Positions 19,838 through 26,050 of a stretch of DNA of 40,000 bases are shown piece by piece (positions within the stretch are counted from its first letter, which is position 1; every line of letters starts with the position of its first letter). A program made the translations under genes and the position numbers. Below the pieces are notes generated by a model. It was not told where the DNA came from. It did not search any database and was given only the letters and a program-made list of their open reading frames with translations. Source of the stretch: Methylophilus sp. 14 (lineage in GTDB: Bacteria; Pseudomonadota; Gammaproteobacteria; Burkholderiales; Methylophilaceae); the NCBI RefSeq assembly GCF_015354345.1, contig NZ_JADKYS010000003.1, positions 52,856-92,855 on the forward strand, read 5' to 3'.

Positions 19838-20153
19838 ATGTCGTTAGCTTCATCAGAACTGATCGCATATTACTTATCTGGTAAGCCAATGGTTTGCGAG
19901 CTAGATATAAATCCATACCTTTGCGAGTTCTGGCCGAAAGCAGAGTTAAATCAATATAATTTAGAGTATGAAGTGCCACAGTACGCGCCAGGGGTTTTTT
20001 GGCTTTGCCACAAACGGTGGCGGTGAGATGTTCGCTATTTCGCCCACGGGTTCAATAGTATGTTTACCTTTCATTGGTATGGATCCAGCAGTGGCTTTAA
20101 CTATAGCGCCATCTTGGTCAGCTTTTGAAGGCATGCTGCAAAATGCGCTCTAA
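19838..20153 (+). pseudogene. cassette 7: SMI1/KNR4 (SUKH-1)-like immunity-type protein, interrupted by a +1 frameshift
   Basis: Track ORFs 19838-20026 and 19968-20153 are consecutive frames of one gene. Removing one T from the G4T6 run at 19991-20000 gives a single 104-aa product, ...QYAPGVFGFATNGGGEMFAISPTGSIVCLPF..., which matches the SUKH core pattern. The stop TAA lies in the attC7 R'' core. Confidence 0.7.
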
Positions 20154-20206
20154 CCCATCCATCAAGCGGGACGCGCTAAAGCGCGCCCCTTATGTAAACG
20201 TTAGGG
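20148..20206 (+). repeat. attC 7
   Basis: CTCTAAC-ccatccatcaagcgggacGCGCtaaaGCGCgccccttatgtaaac-GTTAGGG (59 bp). Confidence 0.88.
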
Positions 20207-20210
20207 CCAT

Positions 20211-20561
20211 ATGACCAAAAAATTTAAACTTTCAGCCGATGAAATAAAACCTTTGGTTAGCGGCTTCGGGGCATGCTTCGCATCCGACATGATTACGGTT
20301 GATGGGCATCCTGTTCGTTTCATGTATAGAGAAACACCGGAGCGCGATGTTGACAGTGGGTGGCGATTTTTTTCCGGTTATGAAAGTGATGAGTTCGCCA
20401 ACACCCCAAGCAATATAGGCATTTATGGTGTAAACACTATTGCGAACTACGACCCAAGCATCATTCCAGTTCTTGAAGCACCTATCGGAAGTGCATTTGA
20501 GAAATCAAATGATGGAGAAAAGTGGTCTATCGTTACTGATTGGGCACCATCTGATGAATAA
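20211..20561 (+). CDS. cassette 8: DUF2185/Imm33-like small soluble protein
   Basis: 116 aa with YRE...DSGWRFFSG.E...Y..NTI.NYDP. The DSGW motif and size match my recollection of DUF2185 (Imm33 immunity family). Not verified by search. Confidence 0.65.
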   Translation: MTKKFKLSADEIKPLVSGFGACFASDMITVDGHPVRFMYRETPERDVDSGWRFFSGYESDEFANTPSNIGIYGVNTIANYDPSIIPVLEAPIGSAFEKSNDGEKWSIVTDWAPSDE

Positions 20562-20579
20562 TTGTTTATTTACTAAAGG

Positions 20580-20640
20580 CCCTAACCCCTCAGTCAAGCG
20601 GGACTGGCTTTCAGCCAGCCCCTTACTTCAAACGTTAGCC
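20580..20640 (+). repeat. attC 8
   Basis: CCCTAAC-ccctcagtcaagcgggacTGGCtttcaGCCAgccccttacttcaaac-GTTAGCC (61 bp). Confidence 0.88.
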
Positions 20641-20644
20641 ATAT

Positions 20645-21229
20645 ATGCAATCAAACGCTTCAGTTTTGCTTAGTCTATCGGTGCTTTTAAGCATTCCTGT
20701 ATTTGCTCCATTTGTGGCGTCGATTGAAAGATTTAAGTATTTTGGTGTTGCGCGAGACATAGTGCAAAGGTACGTACTTATTTCAACCTTTGTTATTTTC
20801 ATTGCTGCTGCTTATTTTGTTGGGCTTCGGTTTCAATCCAATGCCGCAAATATCGTTTTACAATTCATTGCTCTTGGCTCTTACTTAAATTTAGCAGGTT
20901 TTGTTTTTACTATTAAGCCTCGCTCACTCGGCTTATTACTTGGTCTTGCAGTTCTGGTGTTGTCATTATTAATAGCTCTAGGCAGTATTTTGTCTTTTGC
21001 CATTGATGGAAAAACAAACCAGATAAAATTAACGCCCACTTTTTACTGTGAGGTGAATCAATTTGGCGTTGCTGGTAGCCAAGGTGGTCTAAGTGTAAGT
21101 ATTTATCGGTATTTAGGTTTTGGCATAAGCCGTAGATTACTTCACGATACTTACCTGGACGAGATCAAATACCCATTTCAAAACCAAGAGGGTGCATGCA
21201 GTTATGCAATGGCCAAAGTTAATGGTTAA
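20645..21229 (+). CDS. cassette 9: polytopic membrane protein, unknown function
   Basis: 194 aa with about 5 hydrophobic segments and a short soluble C-terminal tail. The stop TAA lies inside the attC9 R'' core. Confidence 0.7.
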   Translation: MQSNASVLLSLSVLLSIPVFAPFVASIERFKYFGVARDIVQRYVLISTFVIFIAAAYFVGLRFQSNAANIVLQFIALGSYLNLAGFVFTIKPRSLGLLLGLAVLVLSLLIALGSILSFAIDGKTNQIKLTPTFYCEVNQFGVAGSQGGLSVSIYRYLGFGISRRLLHDTYLDEIKYPFQNQEGACSYAMAKVNG

Positions 21230-21283
21230 CCCATCATTCAAGCGGGACTGGCTAAAGCCAGCCCATTAATTCAAACGTTAGGG
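21224..21283 (+). repeat. attC 9
   Basis: GGTTAAC-ccatcattcaagcgggacTGGCtaaaGCCAgcccattaattcaaac-GTTAGGG (60 bp). Confidence 0.85.
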
Positions 21284-21289
21284 TTAAAT

Positions 21290-21811
21290 GTGAGAATAGT
21301 CACATGTGAGAAATGCCATCTCAGCATCCCTGAATCGGATAAGTCTTGGGATTTAGCGAATCAATTCAATATCTGTCCAAACTGTAAAAATACTCTAAGT
21401 CATTTTGCTAGCATACCGAGTACAGCTAAAACAAAAAGCACTATGTTTTTTGCGCATACAAAGCACCGTGCTTTTATAACCTTTACTTTTTTGGGGCCGC
21501 TTGTTGGTGCCGTTCCCTTTTTACTAATTACACCTAGTGCATATAAAGAAGGCTTCATAGTTATTATCTTTGCCTACTTAATCGGAATAATCCCAGCCTT
21601 TTTGGCTGGATTGGTATTTAACTCATTAATGCCAAGTTACGCTCAATCAAAACGACATCAAGAAATACACATTGGCGCATTGTCTGGTCTACTAGCGGTT
21701 TTACCAATAATTGTTATATTCGGTATTACTAAATCTTTAATGCTATTGATTGTTATTGCTTTAATCGGCGTAATCTCAGGGGGCATTTGTGGTCACGCTT
21801 CCAAACCCTAA
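21290..21811 (+). CDS. cassette 10: N-terminal zinc-ribbon (CxxC...CxxC) fused to a four-TM membrane domain
   Basis: 173 aa, GTG start. CEKC-x(19)-CPNC, then hydrophobic helices. The stop TAA lies inside the attC10 R'' core. Confidence 0.65.
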   Translation: MRIVTCEKCHLSIPESDKSWDLANQFNICPNCKNTLSHFASIPSTAKTKSTMFFAHTKHRAFITFTFLGPLVGAVPFLLITPSAYKEGFIVIIFAYLIGIIPAFLAGLVFNSLMPSYAQSKRHQEIHIGALSGLLAVLPIIVIFGITKSLMLLIVIALIGVISGGICGHASKP

Positions 21812-21865
21812 CACTTCTATCAAGCGGGGAGTGTTAAAGCGTGCCCGTTATGGCAAACGTTAGAG
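21806..21865 (+). repeat. attC 10 (divergent member of the family)
   Basis: CCCTAAC-acttctatcaagcggggagtgttaaagcgtgcccgttatggcaaac-GTTAGAG (60 bp). Confidence 0.8.
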
Positions 21866-21868
21866 CTT

Positions 21869-22240
21869 ATGAAATCACCAGTTCGGATTGTAGGAGTTAC
21901 ACTACTTGTTGGGGTTAGCTTCATAGCTGGAAGGTTCTATGATGAGCTATCAAACTTTTGGCAAAAACCTGTGGTTGTTCACATCACGAACGAGTCGGAG
22001 CAACCCTTGAAATCTATAGCTATTTCTTATTCTGGATATAAAACAAAAGGCACAATTAAAGTCGAACCTGAGACGTCTGAAAAAATGATAACTATTCGAT
22101 TCTATCAAGCCGGTGAAGGTAGCTTTACAATCGAAACAGAGCTTGAAAATGGCACAGTTTTAAAAGATAACGAGGGTTATATTGAGGGTGGTTATTCATT
22201 CAATAAAGTAGTAACTGCCACAGAGATTAAAAACAAATGA
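21869..22240 (+). CDS. cassette 11: secreted or membrane-anchored beta-rich protein, unknown function
   Basis: 123 aa. N-terminal signal anchor (VRIVGVTLLVGVSFIAG), then alternating beta-type sequence. Confidence 0.65.
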   Translation: MKSPVRIVGVTLLVGVSFIAGRFYDELSNFWQKPVVVHITNESEQPLKSIAISYSGYKTKGTIKVEPETSEKMITIRFYQAGEGSFTIETELENGTVLKDNEGYIEGGYSFNKVVTATEIKNK

Positions 22241-22250
22241 TGTGTATATG

Positions 22251-22284
22251 TGCTAACCCATACCCCTTGTGTCAAACCTTAGCC
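22251..22284 (+). repeat. attC relic (internally deleted, mutated right core CTTAGCC)
   Basis: TGCTAAC-ccat/accccttgtgtcaaac-CTTAGCC aligns to both ends of attC4/6/7. About 26 central nt are missing and GTT has become CTT. Confidence 0.7.
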
Positions 22285-22673
22285 TCCACGTGACATATTT
22301 AACTTTAGCCTACATTCATCTCGCAACTGTGATGCTAGCCTTTGTGCTTGGCACGCTTTTGTTATTGCAGAAAAAGGGCACTGTGCTGCACCGTTTAGTT
22401 GGCAAGTTTTTTATGGTGCTGATGTTGTTAACTGCGCTGATTGCCTTATGCATGCCTGCGCAGATTGGCCCAACTCTTTTAGGGCATTTTGGTTTTATCC
22501 ATTTGTTTTGTTTGTTGATTTTTTATGCAGTGCCGTCGGCTTATTTTGCAATAAGGCAAGGGAATTTAGCCAAACATAAAGCCAATTTAATTGGTGTTTA
22601 TGTGGGTGGCCTTTTAATTGCGGGGGCTTTTGCATTTTTGCCCGGGCGGTTGTTGCACTCATGGTTGTTTTAA
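22269..22673 (+). CDS. DUF2306-like four-TM membrane protein
   Basis: 134 aa (GTG at 22269; an alternative GTG at 22290 lies outside the attC relic). Small polytopic protein whose His-containing helices resemble DUF2306. The start is uncertain. Confidence 0.6.
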   Translation: MSNLSLHVTYLTLAYIHLATVMLAFVLGTLLLLQKKGTVLHRLVGKFFMVLMLLTALIALCMPAQIGPTLLGHFGFIHLFCLLIFYAVPSAYFAIRQGNLAKHKANLIGVYVGGLLIAGAFAFLPGRLLHSWLF

Positions 22674-22808
22674 TTGGCAATGCTGGGCAAACCATCCATA
22701 CCGACCCACCGCTTGAGGATATGGCACCTCCATCATGTTAAGCACACCAGAGTGGACGCCTGAAAGCATAGGCTTTACTATTGGTGGCTCTTGCATTTAT
22801 GCCAATGA

Positions 22809-23153
22809 GTGAGGTGTTGCGTGGCTATTCAGTTTTTACCGATTCTTAAGGCAGTGGCGCCTTATATTGCGCAGGTGGCGACGGCGGCAATCCCTGCGTT
22901 TACTGCCAAGCCTGAGGCCGCCAAGGTGGATCCTGTATTGACCAGCCAGATCGAGGAGTTGCAGGCGGCGACGATTCAGAATGCAGAGTCTATTCATTTG
23001 CTGGCAGAAAAAATGCAGCTGGCGATTCAGGCGTTGGATGAGGCAGGGCAGGCGGCAAAAAAACAGGTGGCGGCTTATAAGACGATGCTGTTTGTTTCGT
23101 TTGGCTTGTCGATGACGTCAGCGCTGCTTTGTATTTATTTGTTATTGCGCTAG
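22809..23153 (+). CDS. hypothetical coiled-coil protein with a C-terminal TM anchor
   Basis: 114 aa with a non-ATG start (GTG). Ala/Gln-rich helical region, then a terminal hydrophobic helix (MLFVSFGLSMTSALLCIYLLL). No family recognised. Confidence 0.45.
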   Translation: MRCCVAIQFLPILKAVAPYIAQVATAAIPAFTAKPEAAKVDPVLTSQIEELQAATIQNAESIHLLAEKMQLAIQALDEAGQAAKKQVAAYKTMLFVSFGLSMTSALLCIYLLLR

Positions 23154-23182
23154 TTGCAAATGATGAAATGGAGCTTTCAACC

Positions 23183-23551
23183 ATGTCTAATCTCACCGTC
23201 ACAGAAATCAAAGCCTTTGTGCCCGCCAAAAACTTTGAGCTTTCCAAGCAGTTTTATAAAGACATGGGCTTTACCATGGCGTCAGAAGGTGGCGGTGTGG
23301 CTTATTTTCATTACGCGCACGCGAGTTTTCTGTTGCAGGATTTTTGTGCTGAAAACCTGGCCGAGAATTTTATGATGCATCTGCTGGTGCAGGATGTGGA
23401 TGCCTGGTGGGACAACATACACCATAGCGGCATTATTCAGACTTATGGCGTTAAGGTATGGCCAATTCAGCTACAAAGCTGGGGCATGCGTGATTTTTGT
23501 ATCACCGACCCCTCAGGAGTGTTGTGGCGCATTGGGCAGAATGTGGATTAA
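23183..23551 (+). CDS. VOC (glyoxalase/bleomycin-resistance) family protein
   Basis: 122 aa from the internal ATG at 23183 (SD GGAG 9 nt upstream). The pattern F..AK.F..S..FY..LGF....e.......f..........h....V.DVD.W......G......WG.R.F...DP.G.LW is typical of small VOC proteins. Confidence 0.7.
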   Translation: MSNLTVTEIKAFVPAKNFELSKQFYKDMGFTMASEGGGVAYFHYAHASFLLQDFCAENLAENFMMHLLVQDVDAWWDNIHHSGIIQTYGVKVWPIQLQSWGMRDFCITDPSGVLWRIGQNVD

Positions 23552-23643
23552 TCCCCGGTGTGAGAGGCTGCAGCATTCGAACATGAAGAGCGCTTCAGCC
23601 GCGGCGCGTGTGACTACATTCTAGCCAGGCTTTTAAAGATTCA

Positions 23644-24309
23644 TCAGGTAACATCATCTTTAAGCTTATTCACAAGATCCAGGCATTGTTCATAATTCAG
23701 GCTGAAGTTTATTTTTTCTATGGCGTTGAAAATAGGCAGCAAGAATTGTTTTCGATGTTGGCATTGCTTGGTAAATTCGATGATGTTTTTTTGAAATATC
23801 TCTTTATTGTTTAAAATGTCGTCATAGTGTTTTTCGATGACTAATGCGAGATCAAGTAAATCACGTGCGGTGGCAGTATTGCCGCGATGCCAGATCTTTT
23901 TTGCAACGATTTCAACCGGGGTTTGTAATTTGACCTCTCTGCCGAGCACGACGTAGTGATTGAAGGGCTGTTGAGTGAGCGGCGTTGAGGCAACAAAATC
24001 TATTTCACCTTCTGCGAAGTTTAGCTTCAGAAATTCAGCCCCCTCTGCGTACTCCCTTGTAAGCGCCTCTGCAGGGCCACCTAGTCTAGGATTCAAATAG
24101 CCCAAAAATTGCGCTTCTGAGACAAAAATATCAATGTCTTTACTGATGCGATGTGCATAGTAAAACATCAGCACAGTGCCGCCGCCAAGTGTCCATTCCG
24201 GCGTATGCATGCCGGGGTTTTCCGCGGCAACTGCATCTAAGAGGGAATATGCTTTTGCAAGCAATGTCTGCCATGGGCCTGCTGGAAAACTTAAAGGTAA
24301 ATTATTCAA
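23644..24309 (-). CDS. Pol-beta superfamily nucleotidyltransferase, AbiEii/AbiGii (DUF1814)-like putative toxin
   Basis: NTase motif GGGTVLMFYYAHRISKDIDIF (G[GS]-x12-DxD). Size and layout resemble AbiEii toxins. TTG at 24309 is preferred (SD GGAG 5 nt upstream, 8-nt overlap with the upstream gene's stop). The track ORF extends to a TTG at 24351. Confidence 0.65.
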   Translation of the reverse strand: MNNLPLSFPAGPWQTLLAKAYSLLDAVAAENPGMHTPEWTLGGGTVLMFYYAHRISKDIDIFVSEAQFLGYLNPRLGGPAEALTREYAEGAEFLKLNFAEGEIDFVASTPLTQQPFNHYVVLGREVKLQTPVEIVAKKIWHRGNTATARDLLDLALVIEKHYDDILNNKEIFQKNIIEFTKQCQHRKQFLLPIFNAIEKINFSLNYEQCLDLVNKLKDDVT

Positions 24310-24787
24310 TGTTGCTCCAGAACTGATTGGGGGAGTGAATCTCACGTGCAATGGATGATAAGTGACGCCAAATCAATTGCGGCTTTACATTGTTTTTATT
24401 GGCAATCTGCTTGACTGCTCCGGCAACAATCGCGGTCGGCGTTTCATCTATCAGATGCACCACTTGCGCTTCAAATCCCGGGGCAATGATGCCCTTTAGC
24501 ATGACTTCTTCTAACGAGTGTATATCCATGGCGCGCGCATAACTCGTATTGATATTACCAAGGGCGATCTTGGCATAGTCTTTCTGATGTTTGCTGGAGA
24601 AAATCGGTAAATCAATCACGTTAGCAATGGCTGAGAGTTTTACTATCCCAATATCTCCAACATTCCCCTTTTCTAAATTGACGATGGTGACTCTGGAGAC
24701 GTGAGAAGCCGCAGCAAGCGCCTTCTGGCTTAGGCCGGTAGCCTTCCTCTCTCTTTTGACCAACATGCCAATCGTCATAATGTTCAT
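24302..24787 (-). CDS. XRE-family HTH protein with an uncharacterised ~100-aa C-terminal domain (putative antitoxin/regulator)
   Basis: HTH: LVKRERKATGLSQKALAAASHVSRVTIVNLEKG. The first ATG is at 24787 (another at 24778). The track ORF begins at a TTG at 24802. Overlaps the NTase gene. Confidence 0.7.
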   Translation of the reverse strand: MNIMTIGMLVKRERKATGLSQKALAAASHVSRVTIVNLEKGNVGDIGIVKLSAIANVIDLPIFSSKHQKDYAKIALGNINTSYARAMDIHSLEEVMLKGIIAPGFEAQVVHLIDETPTAIVAGAVKQIANKNNVKPQLIWRHLSSIAREIHSPNQFWSNIE

Positions 24788-24819
24788 GTTTTTATTGTGC
24801 AATACTTTCTTTAAAGTGT

Positions 24820-24836
24820 AAAGTAAACTTTACTTT
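24820..24836. promoter_or_regulatory. perfect 8-1-8 palindrome AAAGTAAA-C-TTTACTTT, candidate operator of the XRE/NTase operon
   Basis: Located 33-49 nt upstream of the ATG at 24787. Overlaps a possible - strand promoter (TTTACA-N17-CACAAT). Confidence 0.5.
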
Positions 24837-25086
24837 TATAATGGTTTAGAACCCGGATAGCGTTAACTTTGCGTGACTTACCTAACCGTATTCAGCCTTT
24901 TTTATTTTGGGTGTGTGATGCATGCCATATTGTATTGAAATTGGTTTATTTAATATTTTTTAACAAACTGCATTTTAAGTGACGATAGTTTGCTATATTG
25001 AGCGCTCAACGTCCTGCCACCGGGCGTAGTGACAGGCTGTGACGCGTTGAGCAAACCATGGGCTATTCAAAAAAGGAGAGGGCGCA

Positions 25087-25776
25087 ATGAAAAAATATGT
25101 AGCGGAATTTTTTGGCACGTTTTGGTTGGTACTAGGCGGCTGTGGCAGTGCGGTGCTCGCGGCGGCTTTTCCGGATGTGGGGATCGGCTTGCTAGGGGTA
25201 TCGCTCGCGTTTGGTTTAACTGTACTGACCATGGCCTTTGCCATCGGCCACATTTCTGGTTGCCACCTCAACCCGGCCGTGTCTATCGGGCTATGGGCAG
25301 GTGGCCGTTTTCAGGCCAAAGAGTTGCTGCCGTATATCGTTTCGCAAGTGTTGGGCGCGATTGTGGCCGGTGGCGTGTTGTATGTGATTGCCAGTGGCAA
25401 AGCAGGCTTTGATGTGGCCGCAGGCTTTGCGTCTAATGGCTATGATGCGCATTCACCAGGCGGCTACAGCCTGCTGGCTGCGTTTGTGAGCGAAGTGGTG
25501 ATGACCATGATGTTCCTGCTGGTGATCATGGGCGCCACTGATAAGCGCGCACCGCAAGGGTTTGCCCCGATCGCGATTGGTTTGTGTTTAACCTTGATCC
25601 ACCTGATTTCTATCCCGGTCACCAATACGTCGGTGAATCCTGCGCGTAGCACGGGTGTCGCGGTGTTTGTCGATGGCTGGGCAATTTCGCAACTCTGGTT
25701 GTTCTGGCTGGCACCCATTATAGGCGCCGTGTTAGGTGCGGTGATTTATCGCTTTATCGGTAGCGACGACAAATAA
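25087..25776 (+). CDS. aqpZ: aquaporin Z
   Basis: 229 aa with two NPA motifs (HLNPAVS, SVNPARS). The N-terminus [23 protein letters not shown] is typical of AqpZ. SD AGGAG. Confidence 0.93.
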   Translation: MKKYVAEFFGTFWLVLGGCGSAVLAAAFPDVGIGLLGVSLAFGLTVLTMAFAIGHISGCHLNPAVSIGLWAGGRFQAKELLPYIVSQVLGAIVAGGVLYVIASGKAGFDVAAGFASNGYDAHSPGGYSLLAAFVSEVVMTMMFLLVIMGATDKRAPQGFAPIAIGLCLTLIHLISIPVTNTSVNPARSTGVAVFVDGWAISQLWLFWLAPIIGAVLGAVIYRFIGSDDK

Positions 25777-25787
25777 TTGTTTTAATT

Positions 25788-25818
25788 AAAAAAGACTGGC
25801 TGCGGCCGGTCTTTTTTA
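25788..25818 (+). terminator. intrinsic terminator after aqpZ
   Basis: AAAAGACTGGC-tgcg-GCCGGTCTTTTTT. Confidence 0.8.
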
Positions 25819-25963
25819 TTTCTATGTAACGGTCATCTCTCTAACGCGATTGGCTGTGCTGGTGCTGGCGATCAAGCGTTAAGGATATCTGGCATAGCTC
25901 AAACTGGCTATTGCAAAGCTGGGTGATTCATTTATAAACAGGGTTGGCTATTTCAAACCTTGT

Positions 25964-25986
25964 GGCCCCGATAGGGGCCTTTTTTA
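25964..25986 (+). terminator. orphan terminator-like hairpin
   Basis: GGCCCC-gata-GGGGCC followed by TTTTTT. No ORF ends here. See the findings. Confidence 0.5.
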
Positions 25987-26050
25987 TGATATCGCTGAGC
26001 TTACTGGCAGTAAGAAAGTGATATGTGTTCGCAGACCAGAAAGAGTAAGG

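Larger units (their letters stand above)
15452..22284. mobile_element. chromosomal integron: intI, attI and an 11-cassette array ending in a deleted attC relic
   Basis: An integron-type integrase is divergent from an array of ORFs. Each ORF is followed by an imperfect-palindrome site bounded by RYYYAAC ... GTTRRRY. See the individual features. Confidence 0.9.

Noticed and set aside
19546-19884. 112-aa alternative-frame ORF crossing attC6 from cassette 6 into cassette 7.
   Set aside because: It reads straight through a recombination site and overlaps the better-supported cassette 6 frame, so it cannot be a stable gene in a shufflable array.
16826-22284. A regularly recurring ~60-bp repeat that could be mistaken for a CRISPR array.
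   Set aside because: Repeat spacing is 350-700 bp and each interval holds a full ORF. The repeats are imperfect palindromes bounded by RYYYAAC/GTTRRRY and sit next to an integron integrase. They are attC sites, not CRISPR repeats, and there are no cas genes.
22686-22743. Possible 12th attC after the DUF2306-like gene: GGCAAAC-CATCCATACC...CATCAT-GTTAAGC, 58 bp, with AACCATCCAT resembling the family's left arm.
   Set aside because: When folded by hand, only the AAC/GTT triplets and one G-C pair. The inner arms are not complementary and the left core breaks the RYYYAAC rule. At most it is a decayed half-site.
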